Below are positions 1 through 13,266 of a stretch of DNA of 64,000 nucleotides, piece by piece. The stretch spans positions 186,001 through 250,000 of the forward strand of contig OZ237760.1 of assembly GCA_965178125.1 (NCBI GenBank), given 5' to 3'. Under the pieces are notes generated by a model. That model was not told where the DNA came from, searched no databases, and saw nothing but the letters and a program-made list of their open reading frames with translations. Source of the DNA: Bilabrum cf. latius (taxonomy: Eukaryota). Positions within the stretch are counted from its first letter, which is position 1, and each line of letters opens with the position of its first letter. A program made the translations under genes and the position numbers.

Positions 1-2335
1 GCGCCGTCTGCCTCGTGCTGAGCCCCGCCTCTGCGTCCCCCTTCCTGACACCAGTCAGCGCCACGGACGATGGCGCGGGTGCCGCATCGGTGTCCTGCGG
101 CGCGTCGGACGTCCCATGGTCCAGCGCCCCCGCACCGGCCTGCAGCACCGCAGCTAGTTGCATCCCAGCCGATTTGGCCAGGACAAGGCCGCGCGATTGT
201 GCCGCTGCTGCGCCCGCCACATCGCCCCCCTCGCGCAGCAGCTTGGAGCTGGCGGCCATTGCCAGCACAGCATCGGCGCCGGCACGCGCGGGCGGTTCCG
301 GTACCGCCGATGCTCTTAGCACCCGCGCCAGGCAGCGCGCTGCCGTCTGCCTGAGGTCCGGCTCGGTTCCCGTGGCTGCCTCTGCCACCGCCCCGAGGAG
401 CCTGGGGAACTTGCGGAGGGCCACTTGGAGGCACCCCGGGTCCTGAGCCATCAGGGAGCAGGCGGCGCCCACCAGCTGTGAGGTGTCCTCTGATGACATC
501 GAGGCGGATGAGGCGGCGAGGGAGGCCGTGGCTCGAAGCAGAACGGGGACGGCCACTGCTCGCCTGGATAGGGTCACCATATGGGCGGCCTGCGCTATAT
601 GCGAGTCGCCGCCTGCTGGCGACACTGACTCGCTGCCGGAGGCCCTGACGAGTGCTTCCTCCCCTGCTAGGTGCAGCAGCGACTGCACAACCGTGCAGTG
701 CACCTTAGAAAGCACCGCAGCGCACTGCACCCCGAGGAACCCGTCGGGATCGCCGAGCCCACCCGCCAGGCCGGGCGTGTCACCGTCTAACTGCCTCATC
801 TGCTCAACAGATACATGCAGCGCGCCCCGCACGGCGGTTCTCTGCCCTGCACCCAGCTGCCGCAGCATGGACCACTCGGGCAGTGGACCCTCTCCCTCCC
901 GATTAGCGGGCACAGTGCCGGTCACCGGCCCGAGCGCCATCCCGGCGGCACCCGCCACAGCCCTCAGGCACTTGAGTCCACCCTACCCCTACCCCCCCTC
1001 TTCTCCTTCTCCTTCTACCTTTCCAGTGCTCACTTCGCTCCCCTCCTCCGAGAACAGCACCCGCGCCCCCTCCACAGAGGAAGCGAGAGCGGGCAGGCAG
1101 CCCAGCGCGTTCATTGCCAGGAGCGGGTCACCAAGGGAGCTGTGGCAGAGGGTGAGGAGGGCCCCCGTGGCACCGCTGGCCCGCGCCAGGGAACAAGCCA
1201 GGGGGCACCCTGCCAGGAGGGTTGCGACCAAGTGCGCCCCTCGGACCTGCAGCGAGGACGGGTCATCACCGTCCCCGTCCTCCATCGGAGTGCTGCTGCC
1301 TTGCGCATCATTGCCGGCTGCGCCAGAGCCTGTGCCCGATGGGCCCGAGCCCGGTCCAAATGAGCCGCGAGTCGATATCCCGCAGGCTTGCATGATGGCA
1401 GCGAGAAGGCCACATGCTGCCTTGCTCGCCTTGCTGCCCGCTCGAGCACTTGCTCCGTGCACCAGGAGAGCGAGCGAGAGCGATTCGGCCAAGGCAGCCT
1501 CTACCAGATCCTACCCCGCGAGCGACCGACATAAAGAAGACTGCAGAACGGCAAAGACTGCCTGGAATTCCGATGCATGGGGCTTTGCAGGACCTGCTGC
1601 CAAATTTCCGGCGGGCGCGCTCGTGCTGTCGCTTCCACCCCACAGCGCAGCTGCAGCCGCAGCCGACGCGACGAGCCCAAACCCGGACTCTTTGGAACGC
1701 TGCGCCACGCAGACCTGACGGGCACGCCGAATGATCACGGCGGCTTGGGGCTTGCCGGAATTCGAATCGGCTGCACCGGCACACGAAGCAGCGTAGGCCT
1801 CTCGGTCGTCGCGCCTGCTGGGAGCAAGACACGGCAGGGGACATGTCGGCGGCGCAAGCAAGCGGATCAGTGCCCTCATTGAGGCCATTCTGACCTCGCG
1901 TTCTATGCTCGCGACACCCGATCTGACTGTGCTCGTTGCGAGCTCGGCTGCGTGGCTTGCGCTTGGATCGACTGCTCCTGCCGCTGAGGCAGCGCTATCG
2001 TGACTAACCGCACCGAGAACGCCCCCCACGCACACATCAATGGCACGCTACACAATCCTAGCGTGGGCGTCTGCAGTTTGAGACTTTGCGTGATCCTTGG
2101 CTGCGCGCCATCGCTTTCTGTCACGCACGGCTGATTCAAACGCCTCCAATAACGCCGCACCGCGCACTTTTTGCAACACAGCCGCCGTATCAGATAGAAT
2201 AGAAGTGGTCTTTTCTGGTATCACAGTACCGCGACCCTCACTGCCCCTTGAACTACTCCTCGATCGGAGGTAGGCTCGGCCAGCAAGGAAGTGGCAGACA
2301 TCCAGCACACCGGATTCGGACGCAGCGACGTCCAT
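1..2335 (-). CDS. Large Ala/Leu-rich helical-repeat (HEAT/ARM-like) protein, runs off the window edge; 4 in-frame TAGs
   Basis: ATG at 2335 (MDVAASESG). Track ORFs 2048-2500, 1511-2035 and 989-1492 share one frame, joined by TAGs at 2048, 1511, 989 and 983, and the frame appears open to position 1. The HEAT-like call rests on composition only. Confidence 0.6.
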
Positions 2336-2553
2336 TGTTGCGCTATCAAGCAAATCAAGATGTATCACAGGGCTGAGACCACTACGAGCGGTTCTGTGTG
2401 AGCGCCAGAAGTGCGAGGTAGCCTCGTCGCGATGTGACGACTGCCACGTCGCCAGCCGCATTCCTTGGGGAGGGCAGCGCCGCTGTGCGTGCGCACACAA
2501 GTTCAGGTTTTATGACACGCAACGCAATAATAGGAAGGGCGCAATCCACCGTG

Positions 2554-5500
2554 TCATGTCGCGTCTTCCTCCTCGATCGGTCTACCCTCGATCGAAGCCA
2601 CGAACTGGATGTGCCACGGCCGCCCGCTCTTGTCCAGCCTTGTGAGCCCGTCGCATTTGAGAGGCGCGTGGTACGTCTGCGAAGCCGTCCCCGCGTCATC
2701 CAGCGCAGTGATGAGCGGTCGCAGAGGCACCACGCAGTGTCCCTTGATGCCCCGCGTGATGGCGCACTTGACGAGCAAGTGCGCGTGGGCGAGCGCCGAT
2801 GCTCGCTTGCACGTGAACCGCAGCGTGCAGGCGGTCTGCCTGACCTTCTCGTCGAACGTGGCCCTCGCCGCAGTGGGCACCTGATCCCCCAGCTCGAAGG
2901 GTGCGGGGCACAGCACCTTCACGACGGAGGGGCTGCTCACCGCGCTGTCCCCGTGTGCCTCGATCCCCGTCAGCCGAAGCACCACGGTCATCCCCACGCT
3001 GGGGAGGGCACTGGCAGCGGACAGGCCCGCGCGCAGGTAGGACGGGATCGCGACCACCACTCCGCTCCTTGACTTTGACTTTGACTTGCCCCCGCCGGGT
3101 CTGCTGGGTGGCCCAGGCCTGCCACTCGTCCCCTCCGAGCCCGAACCAGACCCGGCCGGCTTGCGCGCCGACTGCCCCGCCAGCGGGTTGGACGTGGCCA
3201 TGACCCCCTCGTCCGCGAAGGCGGAAGGCGCAGTCGACGCAGACCCGGCTCCACCCGCCGCCGCACCCGCCGCTCCGCCAGCGTCGCTGCTAGGGACATC
3301 CAGCGGCAGCCTGACCAGCACGGGGCCCAGGGCCTCATCTCCCGCCGCTGTGCCATGCACCTACCCCGCCCCCGCACCGTCCTCGTCCTCATCCTCCTGG
3401 TCGGGCTCGAGTTCCTCGGTGGCCAGCACCCCAACGGGGGAGGGGGGGCACATGACCCGGAACACGCACCTCACTGGCGAGTGGTCCGACACGGTCAGCA
3501 CGTCGTTCACGGCGTCGTAGCTGGAGGCCCTGGCCAGCTCGCCTGCAGGAGCCTCCGCGGGCACCCCGCTGGAAGAGGCCTTGGCCAGAGAGGCGGTCGT
3601 GGCAGTGATGCCCCCCGCCACATCCCCGATGCTGCCTCTATGCGACGAGGAGGAAGAGGAAGAGGAGGAGCCCGCCCTACCATGCGAAGAAGATGATCCG
3701 CTGCCCCTGTGTCCCGCGCCTCCTCCCCCTCCCCCGCCTCGGTTCGCCATCGCGTCCGCCTCGAGCCCCTCCCTCGAGGCCCGTTCCGCCTCCCCCCTGC
3801 TCAACGGATACATGTTGCCCTTGAGGTGCGGCAGGGAGTGGTACACGAGTCGGTCGCACCACCCGGGCATCCTGTCGACGGTGAAGCCCCCCTTGTAAAA
3901 GACCTCCTTGAACAGGATGCGGTACACTCCCTCGGGCCAGGAAGAGTCCCTGTAGTCGGCTCGAGGGCGGCCCTCCAACTTCTTGTACGTGGGGAACAGC
4001 GCGGGGCCCATGGGGGGCTCCACGTACCCGGAGAACACGTCGGTCTGCGCGCGGTGCTTGCGGAGATCGTCGTGGTCCTGGAGCAGCTTCCCGTGGAGGG
4101 TCTTTGGGTTGGCGATCAGCGCCAGAGCCTCCTTGCCGGAGATCCCGCTGCACCTGTAGTTGAAGTCACCCATGAAGACCACGTGGTGGAAGCTCTCGTT
4201 CAGGTGGAAGAACTCGTTGCCGAGCCCCCCGCCGAGCTGCTTGCATACCTGCATGTACTGCTGCAGCCTGGCCGAGATCTTCTTGCTGGCCATGTGCACG
4301 CTGATGAACGCCATCGTGGCGCCATGCACGCGCAGGCTCACCCCGGCCCCGCCCTTGCTGCCCTCCGTCGCCCCAAAGCTGCAGCTGCACACGCGGTTGA
4401 TGCGGACGAAGGGAAGCATCCTGGCGGGCACAAACACCGCGATCCCAGTGTACTTGAGGGTCGTGAGGGAGCCGTCCCCGCGCCCAAGTACCCTGTCATT
4501 CCCCTCTGCGGTCTTATCCGTTACCTCCTTGTGGCTCTTGCGGCCACCCTTGCCCCCGCCCATGGACCCCCGGGGCGTGCCCCCGAGAGGACCCTCCTTG
4601 CCCTCCTCGCAGGGAACAAGCGGCATGCGGATCGTGCCCGTGGACTGCGCGAAAAAGTCCAGGACTGCATCGGACATGCCCTCCTGGATTCCCAGCACGT
4701 ACAGGTCATACCCCGGAGGGGCTAGCATCCGCAGCATCTTTGGGTGGATCGCGCCCTTGGCTGGCTTGCCCTTGCACGCGGCTTCTGCTGCCGGCGTGGG
4801 GGGCCCTCCGAAGGCCTCGGCCGAGCTGGGGATACCGGACCGATCGCTCGCGGCGCCGCCATGTTCCGCATCCTCGTGCGCGGCGCCCGTGTGAACGGGT
4901 TCCTCCGCCCCGACGTTCCACGTGCCGGCCCACACGGTGGCAGGGACCAGCGGCCCCTGCTGCAGAATGGCCCGCGCGTCCGCCGGGGAGGTCGCGCTGG
5001 CCACACGCTGGAAAGCAAGCTGGCAGAGTGCGGGCGAGACCACGATTCCCGTGCGGCTCACCATGGCCGCCGTCGTGGCACTTGCATTCAGGATCGATTC
5101 GCTTCCGGCCGCGCTCCCCTCCGCCAGCCCTCCCATGCCTCCAAAATCCCCCCCGCTCACGGAGCTCTCGGCGTCGCCTCCTGCGATCGGTGCCAGCATG
5201 GAGCGTCCCGCCGGACTGGCCGTGATTCCGCCACCGATCTGCACTATGGAGCGCCTGTGGCGCATGATACCGCTCGATCCCCTTAGTAGGCCGCCGGGGG
5301 ACCGGTCGCCGTGGTCGCCGCTGCCGCTGCTCAGCATTGCGCGGAGGCCAGAGAAGGACGCGGCCAAGGAGGTGAGCTGGTCATCCACCTGCATTCGTAG
5401 TTGCTAAACCATGCGGCGAGTCTCTATCTGATCTTTGCGCGCGGCAATTGCATTTCTTGCCAGGATTGCGAGGACGGTTGAGCTGTCCCCGCTCGACTCT

Positions 5501-5778
5501 GCAGCAGTCAGCGCAGCCGTGTCTGCCTCCAGCCTTGAAAGCAAGGCAGAATCGTCCAAACTAAAGTTGTCTGCACTGCCTACTGACTCCCTGCGCAGCA
5601 CGCTGTCCTGCTCGTCGATCGATTCGCCGTCTCCATGGGCTCCGGCAGATTCGCTCCGAATCGAGCGGTTGCTGTTTTGCGCTGATACTCGCAGCTCAGG
5701 GTCGCTCCCGGATCCACTTGGCAAACCAGGTGGAGGACGAGGCGTAAGTTTCACTTCCGACGCTTCTTCTTCCGCCAT
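2554..5778 (-). CDS. Inositol polyphosphate 5-phosphatase (EEP family) with N- and C-terminal extensions; 2 in-frame TAGs
   Basis: Motifs GTWNV, GIQE, FISVHMAS, VFMGDFNYR, PTYK, PGWCDRLVY and SDHSPV. ORFs 5404-5799, 3361-5394 and 2554-3360 are one frame separated only by TAG (5404, 3361); ends TGA at 2554. Confidence 0.9.
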
Positions 5779-5943
5779 GTCTTCTTGGTGTTGCCGCACA
5801 CACAGGGTGCAACTCCAAAATTGGGATTTGTTATCCTAAACTGCACGCTACCATATTCTTCCGCCAACTCGATAGACCGTAGGATTCGAAAGCATGAGAA
5901 ACAGCGCAGTTATCAAATCATCACTCATTGCATCCTTGGCGCG

Positions 5944-7497
5944 TCACAGCCGGCGCAGCAAGCTTCGCCCCACGGCTGCAGCCACGTGCGGAGGCGCCTT
6001 GAACACGCCAGAAGCAGCAAGCTGGTGCCTAGACCCAGCCGACCCAGACGGCGCGTCAGGGGGGGCAGCTTCAGCGGCCTCCCCAGCCCGCGCCGACGAT
6101 CTCCATCTCCCCCCACCCCTCCCGTCAGCGCTACCCCTAGCCCCAGCCCCAGACCCAGCTCCCTCCACCGGCGGGGCCCTGGCCAGGATTTGCGTGAAAG
6201 GGTGCTGAAACACCTTCTTAGCGAACGTTCGCTTCTCCTCGATGGCGGCAAGTTCCTCGGGCGTAGGCTCCGGATCCCCTGCCCTTCTCGCAAGCGGGAT
6301 TCGAGGCGGGATGGCGGGCTTGCCCCGGCCCCGCCTACCACCGCCCCCCTCCCTCCCCCTCCCCCTCTCCCAATCGCCTCCGTCCTCGCTATCACTGCCC
6401 CCTTCGCCCTCGTGCTCCGCCTCCGAATCGATCCCGACCGCCAGTTCGTCCATGCTGCTCCTCCTGCCCGCCCTGCCCCTGCCCCTGCCCCTCCCATCTC
6501 CGTGTGACGAGGCAACGCTGGCTGTTTCAGCGTCCGAATCAACATATGACGCATAGTCTGAGTCTTCCTCGCTTGATCGGGCGCGCGGTCGACGCCCACC
6601 TGCAAGGGAGGCGCCCAGCAGCCCGCGGCCCATCTCCGCAGGGGTCTTGCTGAGGCGAGCGTGCTCGGCCTTGCCTTCGACGCCGCCTGGCGGGGGGCGC
6701 GGAGGGGTGATAATGATGGGATCCTCGTCCAACGATGGCTCGCGGTCATCGGGCGGGCCCCCTCCAGCAAATGACATTACCTAAAGCGTCGTGTGCCCCA
6801 TGAGCAACGCATCTCCCAAGCGCATGTAGCTGCCACTGTTCAGCAGCGTTGCACACGGTTTCTGTTCGCCATGCCTAACCAACCTGCGACCGATTGGCTC
6901 GAAAAAATACATATGTACTATCTAGTAATTGCAGTATGGCCATTGAAACGCAAGGGATCGAAGCAATGCAAGAATATGAAATGGCAGTAAGCGGGCTGGC
7001 AAGACTCTAGCCGCTCCGACAATCGTATCCTCCGTAAAGCTCTACATCCGATCGAAGGTGTGACCAATACAATACAGGCTCAAACTGCAGCTAAAGCTTC
7101 GGGAGTTCGATGCGAGAGCAACCGGATCCAACCGACACTGCAGCTCATTCTGCAGGCGTCAATTCAACACCAGAGAGATCCCTACTGCTTACCATGTTCC
7201 GTTTCTAGACGAGTCCATAAAGGCAATCTATCTCTCTATTTCACCCTCCCGTATCGAAAAAGTACCATGCACGCGGGAGATAGCTGCATCACCCAGCCTT
7301 CCGCGACCACACTGCCGACCACGCCCTATTGACAAAGGAAACCCTTCCGTCAGCAAGAAATTGCAACCCGCTGACGGGCCTGTCGTTGTTGTGACGATAC
7401 ATGAAAGCTGTTGCGACATGTACGCACACAACACTGCTTGTGTGAGGCTGCCGTGGAGCTGGTTCACTGCAGATGCGGCAGGTTCCGGTGCCGCCAT
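5944..7497 (-). CDS. FHA-domain protein with low-complexity C-terminus; intron 6884-7192; 2 in-frame TAGs
   Basis: Spliced product reads SIGRGRQC..DAAISRVHGTF..ER*IAFMDSSRNGTW|LVRHG..YMRLGDALLMGHTTL*VMSF, matching the FHA GR, SRxH, NGT and GD motifs. Donor GTAAGC at 7192 and acceptor CGCAG at 6884 keep frame. TAGs at 7228 and 6781; stop TGA. Confidence 0.8.
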
Positions 7498-7721
7498 CGC
7501 GAAGCAGCGCGGCGCCACCCGGGCAGCCGAAGGTCGTGGTCGCAAGATTACAACAGGTGGTCGTTTCAGGCTGAGTTAGGATATCGGGTTCTAAGTTTAG
7601 ACGGCGCTCTTCTTGACTGTTTTGGAGCAGCCTGCATCTGCCATCAATTTGGTTTGAATCACTGCTGCGGGCACCCAGAGCCAGAAAGCGGCATAAAGTA
7701 CAACCGCGTTACTATTCCGAC

Positions 7722-8819
7722 ATGATTCCGACCCCTTCTGATCTTGGGTTTGGCATTTTTTTCGTTTCTGTCTTGTCGTGGGCAGCTAGCTCAGGCGTGT
7801 GCCAGATTGCGTGGCGCTCGACGGTTGTTGCAGTTGGAGTTGGAGCAGCGGACATGATCTTCTCTGTCGCCTTGCCGATAGGACTGTACTTTTTGGCGTC
7901 GGCTTTCTTTGCCGTGCTGGATAAGATGCCTGGCAACGCAATGGCGCGGTTTCGATTACAGAGCGGGGCGGCCCCGGAGAACCCTGCAATGGCTAGGCTC
8001 GGACCGGGATACTTCGCAGGGCTTTCTAGACTTCTTGCTAACTAGCTTCTGTTGTCGGCTCCTTTAGGAATTATACTGACTTGGGCTAGACCTTATTTCG
8101 CCGGTAGTGGCCTGCCTGGATCCTTTGGGGAGCTTGACGCGTTCGTGGCTGCCGAGCACACGGCGCGATGGGGCAGCCCGACAGCAACTCCTGGAGCACT
8201 GGAGATCCTGAGAGATGTCGCGATCAGCGCCCTAGTGTTTGAGGTGCTGTTTTATTACGCCCACAGACTTTTGCACGAGATAGACTGGCTGTATCGGGCT
8301 GTCCACAGCACGCACCACTACCATACGCACCCGGTAGCATGGACGGGAGTGCACTGCTCCCCTACGGAAATGCTGGTCGCAAATGTGTTCCCTGCCGCAG
8401 CGGGCCCCGTGCTGCTGGGCTCCCACCCGGTGACCAAGGCGTTCTGGTGGTACATTGCCATCGTGACAGTGGTCACCACTCACAGCGGCCTGTGCCTGCC
8501 CTGCATGCCCAACGCACGCATGCACGACGCGCACCATGAGCTTTCAGGGGAGTGCTTCGGCTCTCTGGGCATCTTGGATGCGCTGCATGGGACAAATCGA
8601 AGGTTCATGAAGCGTCAGGAGGCAGACGGGCGGAGGCACGGGTGGGGCGGAACGGACCCGATGGCTGTGCTGCTGTCTGCGGGCCTGCAGTCGGTGGGTC
8701 TGAGAGGGTTGTGTGCCGGAGGGCAGGTGCTGACGGTCCGAGGGCCCGTGGACCGTAGGTTGGTAGGAGGGGCGAGGCAGGTCGAGTCCACCGGCAGTAG
8801 CACCGGCAAGAGCGACTGA
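7722..8819 (+). CDS. Fatty acid hydroxylase / sterol desaturase superfamily protein (FAXDC2/ERG25-like); 1 in-frame TAG
   Basis: His boxes HRLLH, HSTHH and HDAHH. The TAG at 8043-8045 falls in LLAN*LLLSAP, where this family typically has VLxNQ. Stop TGA at 8817. Confidence 0.88.
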
Positions 8820-8900
8820 GATGTGTTGGGATGATGTGCTGTGTTGTTGCGCGCACGGCGAAGCAGTCCGCTGAATCAATACATGTCGGCTGCAGATACC
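8793..8900 (+). repeat. ~108-bp dispersed direct repeat, copy 1 (overlaps the 3' end of the hydroxylase gene)
   Basis: ggcagtagcaccggcaagagcgactga..gggatgatgtgctgtgttgttgcgc..ggcgaagcagtccgctgaatcaa..agatac closely matches 13267-13376. Confidence 0.85.
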
Positions 8901-9078
8901 TCGCTCTGTGTCGGACAGAGTATCCGCAGCGGACTGTCCCGGACGGAGTCTGTCCGCTTCTAAAACTACACGCTACCTGTGAGTAAAGTATGAATTAGCT
9001 GGCCAGGCCGCCAGGTCTTCACCCAAAATCCAAAGCCTGCAGAGTGCTCATATCGTTCATTGCCTGGTTCATAGAACC

Positions 9079-12000
9079 ATGCAGTGGACAAACATGCGGA
9101 TTATGTGCGTATATTTGATCATAGCCGGCAGCGTGGCCGGATCAAGACAGCTTCGGGTCGAAGAGGATGTCCTGAATGGCTGGCACCCGTATTTCGACAG
9201 GGGCCACTAGCACTTCGGTTGGGAGCAACACATTGTGGATGACATTAACGGAGATGGTATTCCGGAGCACGTGTACGGGAACGGCTTCACCGCCAACATT
9301 GTGATCGCGTCGCTCAATTCGCGCCTGAAGATTCGGGCCATCTCAATCATCAGCCACCCCACGTACAAGAGAAACTGGGCACACCCTAGCAGCGCCGGAG
9401 ATATTGATAAGGATGGCACACCAGATATGTTTGCATCTACAGGTACCTATGGCAAGCTGTTTGTCATGTTCATGAACCCTGACCTGACTGTGAGAGCATG
9501 GAAGACGAGCTCCGTCACCGGAGGCTCCTACTGCGGGCACGCTGTCTCGAGTGCGGGTGATGTTGACGGCAACGGCGTGAACGACGCCGTTGTGTATTGC
9601 ACAAACTAGAGGCCTTGCATAGCCCGTATGAGGTCGGACGGTAGCATGATCGGCTATCAGTGCTTCCGGCCCGCTAACCTCGGGCTCACCGGCACGTCAT
9701 CGTAGTTTGGTGCACGCACGGAAGCTCTGGGATAGCTTTCGGGAGATGGGCGGGCGTGGATCGCTGTGGGGGATGCGGACAAGGTTCATGTTATGAAAGT
9801 GTTGGCCACTGGAGCCGTGGATAAGCCCAGCATCGTGAGCCTGAGCATGCCCAGCGGCTACACTGGAGACGGGAATTTCCGGTTTGCTGTCACCATTGGG
9901 GACATCAACGGGGACTATAGAAACGATCTCATGGCGGGAGAATACGTGTTTCTGCTTAATGCAGATGGCAGTGCAAATCGGACGCTCTCGGTGCAGGCAA
10001 GCGGACCACTGCAGGGCCGGCAGAACACCCTCCCGACGGACCCTGAGGACACTATGTGGACGGATGTGGACGGAAACGGGATTGGAGACGTGTTCCACAC
10101 CAGGGGTGTGTACCTATTAGGCTACGGGATGGGTGGCTACAACGATTTGCACGGCATCCGGTACCAGAGCGTGGATCTCATCAGTGACGAGTACCAGTGG
10201 GTCACGGAGACCCAGGCGCATGAGGTGGACGGCAACGTATACAGCACTGCCAAGGCATCGATCACAAACCGGACGATCACACTGAATCACACCAAGTGCG
10301 CAGAAGCAAGGGCGCACATATCTCTGGGCAAGCTGGACGGTAACGTATCTTTCAGCTTCGACTACAGTGTGGAAAGAACAGGAAGCACCTCGGAGCCAGT
10401 GGTGGTAGCCATCGTGGCTGGAGACTCGCTGCAGTCTGCGGACGTGCTGGCAAACTACACAATTCCCCGAGACGCAAAGGCAGATGAAGAAGTGACGGCC
10501 ACATTGCGGGCCTACAGCATGAAAGCAACGAAGGAGGCCTGGCTAATTGCGAGGACGTGGGCGGACAACAGCGATTACAGCTGCCACCCGTCCTATCGGA
10601 TCTACAACACCAAGCCGACTTAGTCTTGCGGCGGACCATCGGCCTGTACGTAGAGCGCCCGCAGGACCAACATCGTGACGATTGATTTCGCGAGATGGAG
10701 CCTGAAGAGGCGATACTTGGTGCCATCTGCCAGCCCAACGCCCTCAGCGTCTCCATCAGTGAGTCCCAGCGTGACGAGCTCATCATCAATCACCCCGAGT
10801 CCCAGCACCTCGCCCACGCCGAGCATCAGCAGCAGTCCCAGCACCTCGCCCACGCCGAGCATTACGAGCAGTTCCAGCACCTCGCCCACGCCGAGCATCA
10901 GCAGCAGTCCCAGCACCTCGCCCACGCCGAGCATTACGAGCAGTTCCAGCACCTCGCCCACGCCGAGCATCAGCAGCAGCCCCAGCACCTCGCCCACGCC
11001 GAGCATCAGCAGCAGCCCCAGCACCTCGCCTACGCCGAGCATTACGAGCAGTTCCAGCACCTCGCCCACGCCGAGCACTACCAACAGTCCCAGCAGCTCC
11101 ATCACAGCCTCGCCGAGCAGCAGTCCGAGTCCCAGCAGCTCCATCACAGCCTCGCCGAGCAGCAGTCCGTCTATCACAGCCTCGCCGAGCAGCAGTCCGT
11201 CTATCACAGCCTCGCCGAGCAGCAGTCCGTCTATCACAGCCTCGCCGAGCAGCAGTCCGAGTCCCAGCAGCTCGCCGTCACCGAGCAGCACTCCAGCATT
11301 GCCACCTTCCCCAATGCATAGCTCATGCCGGACGACCACTTGTGGTGAGGGTCTATGCTACGATATGCCTGGATTTTACCCCCCTTTCGTCTGCCTATGC
11401 AATGCCGGATGGTCCAAGAGCCCCGCTGGCATGTGCACACAGAGACGCCAGGACAGGCCATGCGATGCCATCGATTGCGCTTACGGTCGTTGCATCGAGA
11501 ACCCACGAGCTGGGTCCGGGTACTATTGCGAGTGCGAGGATGGCTGGGCAAAGAGCAGCCTGTCGAGCAGCTGCATTGTCCGCAGGAACCCGTGCGATCC
11601 GTCCCCTTGCATGAATGGCGGGCGGTGCATCTAGCCTGTGCAGGACAGCAGCATGCCTAGCTGCACGTGCCTGGACGGCTTCTCTGGCGACCTATGTCAG
11701 GTGGTTGAGCTGGGGCCGTGCGAGGGCGAGCCGTGCGGACCGGGCGTGTGCTTTGGAGATCGAGCCAACCCGAATGGCTACAAGTGCAGCTGTGAGCCGG
11801 GGTACGGGCCCAGCGATTCTGGGACTTGCGTCCCCTAGCCGCCTGATGACGGCACCACCACCCTGGAACCCACGTGCAGGGACGGCGAGATGAATGGCCT
11901 GGAGTCGGACGTGGACTGCGGCTCAGTTGATCTGGTGCAGCAGGGGAGGTGCCCTTTGTGCTCTGAGGGTCAGAAATGCGACTCCGAATCTAACTGTGCC

Positions 12001-13125
12001 GAGGGCCTGGTGTGCCGGGAGAGATTTGGCACGTGCGGTCCGGGCATGCAGCGGCCAGGGCTGTGGGTTGAGGTGGAGAAGGTGGGTTTGCAGGGAGTCT
12101 CTGTGGGTCAGTTCATGGAGGTGCTTGTGGATCTCTTCTTGGCGAGTCTGAAAGCCAGGCTCCGCTGTGAAAATGTGGCTATCAATCAGGTGCTTGCCGT
12201 AGGTGCTCTTGGGGCGCGGCGCACGGAGCAGTAGCGGGCGGCCAGCAGTGGAGTATCGCTGCGCCGTGCATCCGCATAGGGAGGTTCTGCTGCTGCTGCT
12301 CGCTTCACCCAGGCCCTAGAGGAGGGCCAAGGCACCGAATAGGGTATTTTGGTGGACTTTTCCCTGCAGTTCCCCCCGTCCGCGGACATCCTGGAGACCG
12401 AGATGGCTCTGGATGGGTACCTACGAAGCGAGCCAGTGGAAGGAGGTAACGGGCTGCTGGAAGATCTCGTAGTCAGCGTTCCATCCCTCGGCTCACGGCT
12501 ACGGGTGGTGACCGCACGTGTTAATGCATCGTCGGATTTGCTGCTGTAGAACAGGGAAGAAGCAGTCAGGGAAGTGCCTCCCGACTCCTCCAATGCTGCG
12601 GGGGGTGGAACTGACACAGAAAGCGGCAATGACGACTCGACTAGGGGAGCCGACGACGCACAAGAAGAAGGACTAGATAAGGATGAGGACGCCGGATCCA
12701 TCAGCATTGTGATTGCTGCTGCTGCATCATCGGCAGCTGTCGTGGCAATTTGTGCTGGCGCTGCTGCTTTCTTGTACATATACACCGAGAACAAGAAGAA
12801 GGCAAACGGGTCTGCAGGTGCCACGTCTCCACCGGTTCAGGATGGTCGTGCGATCAGACCTTCCATCTCAGGAGTAAACCCGATGCGGCCGCAGCTTGTG
12901 CAGCAGCTACCCGACAGAAGGCGACTGCAGGAGCTGGAGCCACACAGAGACCTACCCGGTCCACTGATTCAGATTAACAGCAGGAACAATAACCTTGACT
13001 CTGGCTTGACGATCCACATGCAAGGGATGGGTTCGTACAGCGGGAGGGGTGCCATCCGATTAGATCGCGGGGTGATGGAGGATCGCAGGGCAGTATCGGG
13101 AGCGGTGAAGGTTAGGCGAGGCTAA
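9079..13125 (+). CDS. Type I membrane protein: signal peptide, FG-GAP repeats, Ser/Pro/Thr mucin stalk, ~5 EGF-like modules, Cys-rich CxDGxxNGxESDVDCG module, TM helix, short tail; 12 in-frame TAGs
   Basis: One frame from ATG 9079 (or 9094) to TAA 13123, with TAGs at 9208, 9607, 9703, 9733, 10621, 10651, 11632, 11836, 12232, 12277, 12340 and 12547. Motifs DINGDG, GDIDKDG and GDVDGNG, EGF Cys spacing, hydrophobic segment IVIAAAASSAAVVAICAGAAAFLYIY. Confidence 0.85.
10795..11290 (+). repeat. Coding minisatellite: ~8 x 36-bp units (PSTSPTPSISSS) followed by 30-bp units (SITASPSSSP)
   Basis: Unit cccagcacctcgcccacgccgagcatcagcagcagt repeats from 10801; tctatcacagcctcgccgagcagcagtccg repeats to about 11260. 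Confidence 0.95.
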
Positions 13126-13266
13126 GATGAAACCCTGGGGGAATTCGTGCATTCCTGGGAGTAACTGACACCCGCCAGTCTTGGTTGGTCTCTTTCTTCC
13201 AGGATTCAGACGAACACACGGAATGCCATGACTTCGTGCGACATGAGACCTGTGGCTGCTGCAAGA

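Noticed and set aside
483-1718. Long antisense/shadow ORFs (for example 483-1718 +, 3709-4725 +, 42355-43776 +, 10620-11339 -)
   Set aside because: They lie opposite well-supported genes, have no motifs, and are expected in GC-rich DNA.
10795-11290. 36-bp repeats as a CRISPR array
   Set aside because: Head-to-tail units without unique spacers, in-frame coding, eukaryotic context and no cas genes.
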